Of a stretch of 64,000 nucleotides of DNA, positions 31,094 through 39,471 are shown in pieces. A program made the translations under genes and the position numbers. The stretch is from Candidatus Latescibacterota bacterium. Its GTDB lineage: Bacteria > Latescibacterota > UBA2968 > UBA8231. Position 1 is the first letter of the stretch; the number at the start of each line of letters is the position of its first letter. The notes under the pieces are model-generated. The model saw only the letters and a list, made by a program, of their open reading frames with translations, made no database searches and had not been told where the DNA came from. Where the stretch lies: assembly GCA_964291625.2 (NCBI GenBank), contig OZ220089.1, positions 2,976,001 to 3,040,000 of the forward strand. The letters run 5' to 3'.

Positions 31094-31665
31094 CGGTTGC
31101 GTCGACCCAGAACGGCGTCGATGATTTCAGACTCGGTGGTCATATCGGGGAACTTACGGTACACATGGCGCAAAAGGTCACGAAGTGAGTGGCCGCTGTA
31201 TTTCGATTTGACTCGCCGGATACCATCGACAGCCTGAGCGAACTCAGGATTGCTGAGTAGTCTCTCGACACGTTCCTTGCCTTTGGCCGTTAAGGTAAAG
31301 CGACGTTCCTCGAAGGAATCGGCTCTGGGCTCTCCGACCCCTAGTTCATCAAAACCTCCCATCAAGTCCTCGAAACTGAGTCTGCGAATGTCCGTACTCT
31401 CGGTTAGAGTCGACTCAGCACCTCCCTCGGCTCGAATGAGGCCAAGGTTTTCCAATAGCTCAAGATCATCGTAGAGAGTCGGCGAGTATGGACCAGCTTT
31501 GTAAGGTTCGAAGCCGAAACCCGGTGCACCGGGGCGTATGTTCTCCTCCCGATCCAAGAGAAAGAGATACTTCTGGAGACGGGTGATCCCACTTACTGTG
31601 CCCGAGCGCTTGGGGTCTTCGTCAAGGCCGACCAATAGGAGCAGCAATTCCCTATTGCTGATCAT
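31090..31665 (-). CDS. Panacea/SocA (DUF4065)/YwgA-like winged-helix protein
   Basis: SGITRLQKYLFLL...FEPYKAGPYSPTLYDDLELLENLGLI...FTLTAKG...LLRHVYRKFP. GGGAGGA RBS. Confidence 0.75.
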   Translation of the reverse strand: MISNRELLLLLVGLDEDPKRSGTVSGITRLQKYLFLLDREENIRPGAPGFGFEPYKAGPYSPTLYDDLELLENLGLIRAEGGAESTLTESTDIRRLSFEDLMGGFDELGVGEPRADSFEERRFTLTAKGKERVERLLSNPEFAQAVDGIRRVKSKYSGHSLRDLLRHVYRKFPDMTTESEIIDAVLGRRNR

Positions 31666-32009
31666 ATGGATTTCCTCCCATCAGGTGGTGAATGTGAAAC
31701 AGTTTGAAGGCCTTGCGTATCCTGTGAGGAAGGGGTGGTCGGGGACTGTATGGGTCAATGAATCGGCGTCGGGCCTAGCCCAGAGGGAGTGTGGCGGCCC
31801 ATTTTGGGAATAAAGGCGGGCGATTGGACCGGGTCAACCTTCAGTGGGGCAGTCGCGCCGTGAAGGAAGGGGGTAGGGAAGATGGGCAGCAGAAGCGGGC
31901 CAAGGCCGGGGAAGAGATGAGCGAGGTGGCAAGCGGAGAGTGCTTGGGGGTGCATCCTTGACAGGAAGACGGGCAGCCTATACAGCAGGAGAGGTGGAAG
32001 GAGCTCCGA

Positions 32010-33164
32010 ATGAGGATTACTTGGGACCGCAGCGACGACGAGGTCATCGCCACCCTGCAGGACGTGGTGGCCATCGAGAGCGTCAACCCCTCGCTGCCCG
32101 GGGGCCGGGACGGGGAGGGGGGGATGGTGGAGTACCTCTCCGCCTTCTTCGAGGGCCTTGGACTGCCGGTGGAGTTGTCAGAGGCGCTGCCGGGCCGGCA
32201 CAACCTCGTGGCCACCCTCGAGGGGCAGGACCCGGACCGCGCCGTGCTCTTCGAGTGCCACATGGACACGGCCTCCGTCGAGGTCATGACCATCCCGCCT
32301 TTCGAGCCCCACATCCGCGACGGCCTCATGTACGGACGGGGCTCGGCCGACACCAAGGCCGGGGGCGTGGCCATGATGCACGCCATGAAGCGGCTGGTGG
32401 AGGCGGGGGTGAAGCCGCCGCGGACGATCCTCTACGCCGGCTCGGTGGACGAGGAGTACCTCATGCGGGGGGCGCGCCACCTCGCCCCCCGGATCGACGT
32501 GGACGCCGCCGTCATCGCCGAGCCGACGGACCTCGCCGTGATCCGCGGCCACAAGGGGGTGGTCCGCTTCCACGTCGCCGTCCAGGGGAAGGCGGCCCAC
32601 AGCTCCAAGCCGTATCTCGGGGTCAACGCCATCTCCGGTATGGCGCGGCTGGTGACCCGCCTCGAGGAGGTGATCGGCGCCGACTACGCCTCCCGGGAGG
32701 ACCCCCTCCTCGGCCATCCGACGATGAACATCGGCGTCATCGAGGGGGGCATGCAGGTCAACTTCGTGCCCGACCGCTGCCGCATCGACGTCGACGTGCG
32801 CATGATCCCCGGGCAGACAGCCGACGGGGTGACGGCCCAGTTCGCCGCGGTCATCGCCGAGGAGGAGGGCGTCGACGCCGTCCTGGAGGATCCCTACATC
32901 ACCCTCGCCGCCGTCGGCACCGCCGAGGAGGAGGAGATCGTCCGGAGCGCGGCCGCCGCGTGCCGGGAGGTGCTGGGAGAAGCGGTGATCGGCGGCGTGC
33001 CCTACGGCACCGACGGCAGTCCCTTCGCCGACCGCGGGGTGCCGACGATCATCCTCGGGCCGGGCAGCATCGACCAGGCCCACGGCGCCGTGGAGTGGGT
33101 CGAGTGCGGGCAGGTGACGCAGGCGGTGGACGTGTACCAGCGGATCATGCTGAGCCCGGGGTGA
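32010..33164 (+). CDS. M20 family metallopeptidase (ArgE/DapE-like)
   Basis: CHMDT, GRGSADTKAG, DEEY, AEPT, GKAAHSS, GPGSIDQAH. Confidence 0.92.
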   Translation: MRITWDRSDDEVIATLQDVVAIESVNPSLPGGRDGEGGMVEYLSAFFEGLGLPVELSEALPGRHNLVATLEGQDPDRAVLFECHMDTASVEVMTIPPFEPHIRDGLMYGRGSADTKAGGVAMMHAMKRLVEAGVKPPRTILYAGSVDEEYLMRGARHLAPRIDVDAAVIAEPTDLAVIRGHKGVVRFHVAVQGKAAHSSKPYLGVNAISGMARLVTRLEEVIGADYASREDPLLGHPTMNIGVIEGGMQVNFVPDRCRIDVDVRMIPGQTADGVTAQFAAVIAEEEGVDAVLEDPYITLAAVGTAEEEEIVRSAAAACREVLGEAVIGGVPYGTDGSPFADRGVPTIILGPGSIDQAHGAVEWVECGQVTQAVDVYQRIMLSPG

Positions 33165-33178
33165 CCCGGCTGCGGCGC
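33090..33178 (+). repeat. Direct repeat A, copy 1 (M20 3' end plus a menC-like 3' end)
   Basis: Ungapped match to 35205..35293; 76/89 identical by manual count. Confidence 0.9.
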
Positions 33179-34308
33179 CGGCTCGTTCGGGACCTGACGA
33201 ATCGCCGCGCCCGCCGCAGCGCCAGAGAGAGCCCGGTCCACACCATCAGCGTCGCCGCCAGCGAGAACAGACCCGCGAGCCACTGGCCTACGAGCCCCCA
33301 GTACTCCCCGGTGTGGGCGTAGCGCAGGAACTGCCGTGCGCGGCGGCGGGGCAGGTCATCGGCGAAGGACTCCCAGTCGTGCACGCCTCCGGTGGCCGCG
33401 TCGACGGTGAGCCAGCCGGTCTTGTGGGGCTGACCCTCTCGGCCCGTCCGCACCTCCACCCGCACCTCGCGATCCCCGGGGCGCGGCAGGTTCAGGATCA
33501 AGCTCCGCCAACCCGGGGCCCACCTCTCGGCCGTCGCCAGAACGGCCCCGAGGTCTGCATCCGGGGAGCCCGCTCCGGGCCCGTCCGGGGCCGCCGGATC
33601 CTCCGCTCCAACAACTCGAGCGGGCCAGGCTTCCGCGGGGATGGCCCTCCCGACGACCGGGTCGAGGCGATCGGCCACCGAGGGGTAGGAGGTGGTCATC
33701 CCGGTCACGGCGATCACCGCGAGGGGCAGGACCGACCAGATCCCCACCACCCGGTGCCAGTTGAGGTGGCGCCGGGCGCCTCTCGCCCGCGGCCGCAGGA
33801 GGAGCACGGCGGCCAGGGACCTCTTCGAGAGGGGGCGCGGGATCCACAGAACCGGCCCCGTGAGCAGGAGGAAGAGGAAGGCCGCGTTGACGGCCCCCGT
33901 CACCGCGCGACCCGTCCGGACCGAGGAGCCCGAGAGGTTGAACCACCGGTGCCAGCCGCGAACGTCTTGGAAGAAGCCCTCGAGGGCGCCGGGTCCGAGT
34001 CCCAGCACCCGCCCGGTGTAGGGATCGACGCGGGCGTAGAGGTCACGCCCTTCGTAGACGCGTACAGCCGAGCGCGGGTCCGAAGCATACTGCAGCGAGG
34101 TCGCCGCCAGTCCCGCCGCCTGGACGATCGCCTCCGGTGGCAGCCGGGCGGATCCGTCCTGCACCTCGACCCGCCAGCGCCCCTCGGCGACCCCCAGGGC
34201 GGTCTCTTCCAGTGAGAGGATGACACCGGTGGCGGCCAGCATGAAGACCACCGCTCCGGCGGCCGACGCCACCGAGAGGTGCAGCCAGAAGACGATCGTG
34301 CGGATCAC
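33145..34308 (-). CDS. PepSY-associated TM helix domain protein
   Basis: FWLHL...ATG, VDPYTGRVLG, WHRW, LLLTGPVLW, WHRVVG, AHTGEYWG, WTGL. Confidence 0.9.
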   Translation of the reverse strand: MIRTIVFWLHLSVASAAGAVVFMLAATGVILSLEETALGVAEGRWRVEVQDGSARLPPEAIVQAAGLAATSLQYASDPRSAVRVYEGRDLYARVDPYTGRVLGLGPGALEGFFQDVRGWHRWFNLSGSSVRTGRAVTGAVNAAFLFLLLTGPVLWIPRPLSKRSLAAVLLLRPRARGARRHLNWHRVVGIWSVLPLAVIAVTGMTTSYPSVADRLDPVVGRAIPAEAWPARVVGAEDPAAPDGPGAGSPDADLGAVLATAERWAPGWRSLILNLPRPGDREVRVEVRTGREGQPHKTGWLTVDAATGGVHDWESFADDLPRRRARQFLRYAHTGEYWGLVGQWLAGLFSLAATLMVWTGLSLALRRARRFVRSRTSRRRSRVTPGSA

Positions 34309-34323
34309 GCCGATCCGCCGCCT

Positions 34324-35001
34324 TCAGTCAAGGGTCACGTAGCGCTCGAACCGGGCGACCTCGCCCTCGTCCACGTACTTCCCGATCTCCCGCCGGAACT
34401 GGTCGAGATCGGTGTAGGGACGGTACTCCTCGAACTCGTGGGCCATCCGCTCCGTCATCCCCGGGACCGCCATGAGCTGCTCGCGGGTGGCGCTGTTCAG
34501 GCCGATCGGCACGTACACGTACCGCGCCAGGCGCTCGACCTCGTCCTCGTCGACGTACTTCCCGATCTCCCGGCGGAACTCGTCCATGTCCTCGTAGGGG
34601 CGGTACTCCTCGAACTCATGGGCCATCCGTTCGCCCACGCCGGGAATCAGCAGGATCTCTTCGCTGGTCACGTCGTTGAGATTGATCGGCAGCCAGAGCC
34701 CGTCGTAGGCGGCCAGCGCCGCCTCGCCGCCGATCGCTGCCGACAGCGCCGCGTGGAAGTCCGAAGCCGTCAGGTAGGGGCGGCCGCCGGCGAGAGCCGC
34801 CGCGGCCTCGGCGGTGACTCCCGGGGCCGAGGCGAGCTGGTCTTCCGAGGCGAGGTTGGGGTTGATGAGGTCGGACGCGGCAATCGCGGGATCGGACGAG
34901 GCCGCGGGTTCGGACTCGGCGGAGTCGTCGGTTCCGCCGCATCCGAGGGAGAGGAGGGGGATGAGTACAAGGGCGGGGAATCCTCCGCGGTTCCGGAACA
35001 T
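34324..35001 (-). CDS. Lipoprotein with three ComEA-like helix-hairpin-helix repeats
   Basis: Lipobox LSLGC. Repeats INPNLASEDQLASAPGV / INLNDVTSEEILLIPGVG / IGLNSATREQLMAVPGM. The last two are a 180-nt (60-aa) internal duplication. Confidence 0.8.
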   Translation of the reverse strand: MFRNRGGFPALVLIPLLSLGCGGTDDSAESEPAASSDPAIAASDLINPNLASEDQLASAPGVTAEAAAALAGGRPYLTASDFHAALSAAIGGEAALAAYDGLWLPINLNDVTSEEILLIPGVGERMAHEFEEYRPYEDMDEFRREIGKYVDEDEVERLARYVYVPIGLNSATREQLMAVPGMTERMAHEFEEYRPYTDLDQFRREIGKYVDEGEVARFERYVTLD

Positions 35002-35204
35002 GCCTGTCTCCGCTCTTTCGATGGGGTTGGTCTTGTGGACAGCGGCCGGACGGCCGCCAGGCGCTAAGGTATCGCCACCGGTTGATCGCACAATGCCCAC
35101 GGTTGTGCGGACCCACAGCGACGGCCGGAGGTGTCGCCGACTCCCCCGCGGATCCGGAGAGCGGGTCAGGTACCGGCAGGTGTGGCGATCGTCTCAGCGC
35201 CGCG

Positions 35205-35293
35205 GTGGAGCGGGTCGAGTACCGGCTGGTGACTCAGGCGGCGGACGTGTACCAGCGGGTCATGCCGGGCCCGCGGTGACCCTCTTGCGGCGC
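35205..35293 (+). repeat. Direct repeat A, copy 2 (decayed M20 3' end overlapping the intact menC 3' end)
   Basis: Encodes VERVEYRLVTQAADVYQRVMPGPR versus M20 VEWVECGQVTQAVDVYQRIMLSPG. A further partial copy lies at about 35159-35183. Confidence 0.9.
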
Positions 35294-36372
35294 ACGGTCC
35301 GCTCGGCCAGCAGCTCCGGGTCGGGGGCCGGCAGGCCGGCGGTGAAGGGCTTGAAGACGCAGCCGGCGGCCAGCTCCAGGGGCGGCGCCGACAGGTCCTG
35401 CCGGTAGAACCGGGACGAGGGGAAGAGGTCCCCCGGGTAGGTGAAGTTCTCCAGGGTCGCCAGCTCCACGCAGATCGAGCCCCCGACGGCGCTCTCCAGC
35501 ATGCCCCCGATCCACACGGGGATGCCCGCGTCCCGGGCCATGTCGTGGACGGCCACGGCGTTGCTCAGGCCGCCGATGCGGCCCGGCTTGATGTTGATGT
35601 AGCGGCAGGCCCCGACGCGGATCGCCTGCTCGGCGGAGCGCGGGCCGACGATGCTCTCGTCGAGGCAGATGGGGGTCTCGATCCGCTTCGCCAGCTCGGC
35701 GTGATCGAGCACGTCGCAGTAGTGGAGGGGCTGCTCGATGAAGGCCAGTCCGAGGCCGTCGATGGCCTGGAAGAAGGGCAGGTCGTCCAGGCTGTACCCG
35801 GAGTTGCAGTCGATGTGGAAGGTCGTCCGGGGGAAGGTCCCGGTGACGAGGCGCAGCATCTCCAGGTCCCATCCCGGGGCCACCTTGAGCTTGACCCGCG
35901 GGAAGCCGGCGTCGACGGCCTTCTGGATGTTGCCGAGGAGCATGTCGTACGAGTCCTGGATGCCGAAGTCGGCGCCGGCCGGCACGTCGCGGGTCCGTCC
36001 GCCCAGCAGCCGGTGCAGGGGCGTCCCGGTGATGCGGCTCTGCAGCGTCCACCAGCCGATCTCGATCGCCGCCTTGGCGAAGCTGTTGCCCTTGAAGATC
36101 GCCAGCCGCTCGTTCAGCTCGGCGGCGGTCTCGTACTCGCGGCCCACCACCCAGAGGCCCATCACCTCCGAGACGTGGTAGAACACCGAGCCGGCGCTCT
36201 CGTTGAGATAGGTGGGCGCGAAGAAGCAGGTGCTCTCCGACCAGGCCTCGTGCTCGCCGCTGGTGAAGCGGACAAGGACGGAGTGGATGTCGGCGTCCTC
36301 GCCGTAGGCCGTGCGCCAGGGATAGATCAGGGGCATGACCACGTAGTGGACGTCCAGCTCGTCGATCCTCAT
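35260..36372 (-). CDS. menC: o-Succinylbenzoate synthase / N-succinylamino acid racemase
   Basis: RVKLKVAPGWD, IDCN, IEQP, CLDES, INIKPGRIGG, WIGGMLES, YPGD: NSAR/OSBS subfamily pattern. Confidence 0.85.
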   Translation of the reverse strand: MRIDELDVHYVVMPLIYPWRTAYGEDADIHSVLVRFTSGEHEAWSESTCFFAPTYLNESAGSVFYHVSEVMGLWVVGREYETAAELNERLAIFKGNSFAKAAIEIGWWTLQSRITGTPLHRLLGGRTRDVPAGADFGIQDSYDMLLGNIQKAVDAGFPRVKLKVAPGWDLEMLRLVTGTFPRTTFHIDCNSGYSLDDLPFFQAIDGLGLAFIEQPLHYCDVLDHAELAKRIETPICLDESIVGPRSAEQAIRVGACRYINIKPGRIGGLSNAVAVHDMARDAGIPVWIGGMLESAVGGSICVELATLENFTYPGDLFPSSRFYRQDLSAPPLELAAGCVFKPFTAGLPAPDPELLAERTVRRKRVTAGPA

Positions 36373-36376
36373 CAGC

Positions 36377-37429
36377 TCACTCCCGCTCCAGGGCTTTCCC
36401 GGCGTACCGCCGGATGTGGTGTCCGGGAGGATGGTAGAAGCGGGCCACCTCCGTCACGATCTCCTCTTTGCGCCGCATCCATTCCCTTTCCGGCAGGGTG
36501 AGCACAATGTCCTCCACGTCGTGGGGCCCTATCCGCCAGTGGCCGCACACGGCCCCGGTCAGCTCTCCGTCGATGAGCAGGTAGGCGAGCACTTCCAGCC
36601 CTTCGAAGCGCTCCTTCAGCTCGGCCGTGTGGGGGAGGACCAGGGGGTCTCCCCGGTGCAGGAGGAATACGCCCGCCTCCAATGGGGCGGGTTCCAGGTC
36701 GCGGTCCCCATCGCAGGTCCACCCTTCTCCCAGGCCATCCACTCGAAGGGGCGGGGTCCCTTCCTCCTCCAATCGGGTCAGCACCGCCGCCAGCCCTCGC
36801 GCGGTGAATCCCGACCAGATCCTCAGCTCCTGGAAGGTGGCGAAGACGTGGGCCTGGAGAAAGCGCCGGATCACCGTCATGGCCGCTTCTTCCCAGGACC
36901 GCCGCTCCAGGTCGACCCGCGGAAGGGCCGAGTCCAGCCTGGACCAGAGCCGGTCCCAGCCGCTGTCGCTCTGGTCCTCGAAGACCAGGAACGCCTCCTG
37001 AAGCCGATGCAGCACCGGCATCAGCTGCTTGTGCTGGATCTTCATCTCCTGCCGCAGCTGGCGCGGGGACAGCCCGTCGTGGTAGCCCAGGACTTCGAGG
37101 ACTCGCTCCTGCAACCTGCTGAGGGATTTCAGCGGCCGGCGGAAGGCCGCGGCGTAGAGCTCGAAGTCGGCGGCCAGCACGTAGCCGATCCGGCCGCCGG
37201 AGAACCGGCCCTTCAGCAGCTCCTGGCGGGCCCGCAACCCATCGGCCAGCTCCCGGTCGTCCCCGCGGCAGCGGTGCATCAGCCGCGGCGGCGCGCCCGG
37301 CATGTCCCGGGCCACGGGAGTCACCGGCTGCAGTCTGCGGACCAGGTCGACGTACTCCCCCTCGTCGCGGGCCGGCGACAGCAGGCCGTGGCGCCTCAGG
37401 CGGTGGGCGAGGATCGATTCCTTTTGCAT
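36377..37429 (-). CDS. Winged-helix (AlkZ/YcaQ-like DNA crosslink glycosylase-type) protein
   Basis: RLRRHGL...LQP, wHTH segments, ATFQELRIWSG, DPL, LLIDGELTG..W. Confidence 0.6.
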   Translation of the reverse strand: MQKESILAHRLRRHGLLSPARDEGEYVDLVRRLQPVTPVARDMPGAPPRLMHRCRGDDRELADGLRARQELLKGRFSGGRIGYVLAADFELYAAAFRRPLKSLSRLQERVLEVLGYHDGLSPRQLRQEMKIQHKQLMPVLHRLQEAFLVFEDQSDSGWDRLWSRLDSALPRVDLERRSWEEAAMTVIRRFLQAHVFATFQELRIWSGFTARGLAAVLTRLEEEGTPPLRVDGLGEGWTCDGDRDLEPAPLEAGVFLLHRGDPLVLPHTAELKERFEGLEVLAYLLIDGELTGAVCGHWRIGPHDVEDIVLTLPEREWMRRKEEIVTEVARFYHPPGHHIRRYAGKALERE

Positions 37430-37504
37430 CGGCGGGCTACCGCTTCACGGCGATGATCCCGAGCATCGACGGCGGGGGACAGGAACGCGCCGCGAGGGGC
37501 GCCC

Positions 37505-37528
37505 CTCCTCGGGATCGGTCCCGAGGAG
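37505..37528. terminator. Perfect 10-bp hairpin (CTCCTCGGGA-TCGG-TCCCGAGGAG)
   Basis: Intergenic inverted repeat downstream of 37559..37801. No U-tract, so function is uncertain. Confidence 0.35.
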
Positions 37529-37558
37529 ACAGGGTTCCTCCGAGAGGCCCGGCGTCCG

Positions 37559-37801
37559 TCACTTGGGGCGGCCAGAGGTCTTCAGGGACGGCACATCCGG
37601 CCCATGGCCGCCGTCGAGGATGTCCTGAACCTCGGCATGACTCAGGCCGTAGGCATCGGCCAACTGGGCGACGGTGTGGCCCTTCATCCCGTACGCCCTG
37701 CGGATCTTGCGGTTCCGCCTCGCCCGCTCCCTGTCCCGTCTATCCTGGCGGATGGCGGTCCACGCGGTCAGCAGGAGCTCAATCAGGAAGGCCCATACCA
37801 T
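37559..37801 (-). CDS. Small hypothetical protein with an HTH-like motif
   Basis: Hydrophobic N-terminus, then RNRKIRRAY..GHTVAQLADAYGLSHAEVQDIL (Mor-like HTH pattern). Confidence 0.5.
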   Translation of the reverse strand: MVWAFLIELLLTAWTAIRQDRRDRERARRNRKIRRAYGMKGHTVAQLADAYGLSHAEVQDILDGGHGPDVPSLKTSGRPK

Positions 37802-37869
37802 CTACTTCACCCTCTGCAGGGTATCCGCGTCGGGACCGGAGAGTGGACCTGCCTTGATCGGCCCGGGGA

Positions 37870-38445
37870 TCACCTGTCGCGGAAGCCCCTGCCGTCCAGG
37901 ATCTTCCGCGCGTACCGCTCGACGCGGGCCTGGCGTGTCTTCGCCTGCCTGGCGCCCGAGAAGTAGAGGTTGTACTCCCGCTGGCGCCCGGGGGTGAGCG
38001 CCTCGAAGGCCGCCTTCAGCGCCGGGTCCCGGTCCAGGCGGCTCTGCAGCTCCGCGGCCAGGACGGGCTCGGGGGCCGGTCCCACCTTCAGGCCCGCCTC
38101 CTCGACGGCGACGGCCTCGTCCACGTATGCCGCGACCGTGCCGGCCAGGCGGGCCACGTCCCCGACCGAGGTGAAGCGGATGCGGCGGGCCGAGCGCGAG
38201 TTCGGCCCCTGGTCCTCCAGAACGCCTTCGGGGTCCTTCAGCAGGGCGCCCTTGAAGAACATGAGGGCCAGGAACGCCTTCATCTCCTGGAGGATGACGA
38301 TGTTCCGGCCCTCGTGGCTGTAGCAGGGCTTGCGCCACTTGATCTCCTCGGTCAGACCGCGGCCGAGCAGGATCGGCCGCAGGCCGGCGATCTCCTGCGG
38401 CCACATGTCGGACCGCCGGATGCAGGCATCGACCTCGGGGTTCAT
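37870..38445 (-). CDS. YdeI/OmpD-associated family protein
   Basis: EEIKWRKPCY, FFKGALLKD, AFEALTPGRQREY...AKTR..R. Confidence 0.9.
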   Translation of the reverse strand: MNPEVDACIRRSDMWPQEIAGLRPILLGRGLTEEIKWRKPCYSHEGRNIVILQEMKAFLALMFFKGALLKDPEGVLEDQGPNSRSARRIRFTSVGDVARLAGTVAAYVDEAVAVEEAGLKVGPAPEPVLAAELQSRLDRDPALKAAFEALTPGRQREYNLYFSGARQAKTRQARVERYARKILDGRGFRDR

Positions 38446-38801
38446 GCCGTCGCCTTGCGCACGATGTCCGAGAGTCGGGCCTCGGTTGCATCGTCCAGCT
38501 CCCTGAAGAACCAGGCGCAGCCCATGAGGCGGTCGGGGGCGCCCTCCTCGACGGAGAGGTTCACCTTCTCGGTGAGGCCGAAGGTCATGTAGCCTTCATC
38601 CGCCCGGAAGAAGCAGAGCACGGGTCCGTCCAGGGCGTATCCCGGCATGCCGTACCACACCCTGGGCTTGAGCTCCGGCACGCTCCGCCGGATGAGCGCG
38701 TGGAGGCGCTCGCCCATGCCCCGGAAGGGCTCCGGCATGGCGGCGATCTTGTCGAGCACCTCGGCCTCGCCATCAACCTTCTTCTTCGCCTTGCGCGCCA
38801 T
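38442..38801 (-). CDS. DUF1801 domain protein
   Basis: RLHALI...P.L.P..WYGMPGYALDGPVLCFFR. ATGA overlap with the downstream gene. Confidence 0.85.
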   Translation of the reverse strand: MARKAKKKVDGEAEVLDKIAAMPEPFRGMGERLHALIRRSVPELKPRVWYGMPGYALDGPVLCFFRADEGYMTFGLTEKVNLSVEEGAPDRLMGCAWFFRELDDATEARLSDIVRKATA

Positions 38802-38808
38802 CGATCCT

Positions 38809-39351
38809 TTACCGGGCCCGGCGGAAGTGCATGGTGTGCGTCTGCGTCTCCTGCCCGCTGCCCGGGAACATCGACCAGGTCTGGGACATCTCGTCCCCCC
38901 CGTCGAAGGCGATCGATACGCCGTTCATGTGCGGCACCTCCTCCGATTCGAGGGAGCCCTTCACCAGCTCGAAGGTCAGCACCCCCTCCTCGGAGCTGGT
39001 GAGGCTCATCTGCGGCTGGTTGGCCAGGGCGCAGTAGTGGGTCATCGACAGCTTGCCGCCGCGGTCGTGGTAGACGGAGATCATCTCCTTCGGCGTGTCC
39101 GGGAAGCTGCGCTCGACGACGACGCTGCCATTGGCCGCGACGCGGTACTCGGCGGCGGTCCGCATCTCCTCCTGGCCCTCGGCTTCCTGGCCCTCCTGCG
39201 CGCTGGCTATAACCCAGCTGCCGGCGAGCCCTTTCAAAAGCTCCAGCTCCGGCGAGCCGACGTAGGGCCCCCCGTGCGCCTCGCCGCCCTCCTCGGCGGC
39301 GGCGAGAGGGAAGGCGGCGATAGCAACGAGGGCGGCGAGTGCGGTTCTCAT
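38809..39351 (-). CDS. Hypothetical exported beta-barrel-like protein
   Basis: Signal peptide MRTALAALVAIAAFPLAAA. Motifs LKGLAGSW, EMISVYH, MTHYCALANQPQM. Confidence 0.8.
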   Translation of the reverse strand: MRTALAALVAIAAFPLAAAEEGGEAHGGPYVGSPELELLKGLAGSWVIASAQEGQEAEGQEEMRTAAEYRVAANGSVVVERSFPDTPKEMISVYHDRGGKLSMTHYCALANQPQMSLTSSEEGVLTFELVKGSLESEEVPHMNGVSIAFDGGDEMSQTWSMFPGSGQETQTHTMHFRRAR

Positions 39352-39471
39352 CGAATGCGTCCTTTTCTTCGGAGTGGTCACTGCAAGGCCCCGAATATAC
39401 GCCGCCGCGGCCGTAGCGCATCGATCCGGGGCGGCCTATGTTCCGGCGCCACCACACCCGGAGAACTGCAC

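Noticed and set aside
31958-31986. Sigma-70 promoter (TTGACA ... TATACA) for the M20 gene
   Set aside because: The -35 is perfect, but spacing to TATACA is 15 nt and the hexamer at 17 nt is poor, so it is not supported enough to call.
33090-35293. Diverged copies of gene 3' ends as a diversity-generating retroelement TR/VR pair
   Set aside because: Mismatches are not confined to adenines on either strand, and no reverse transcriptase is present in the window.
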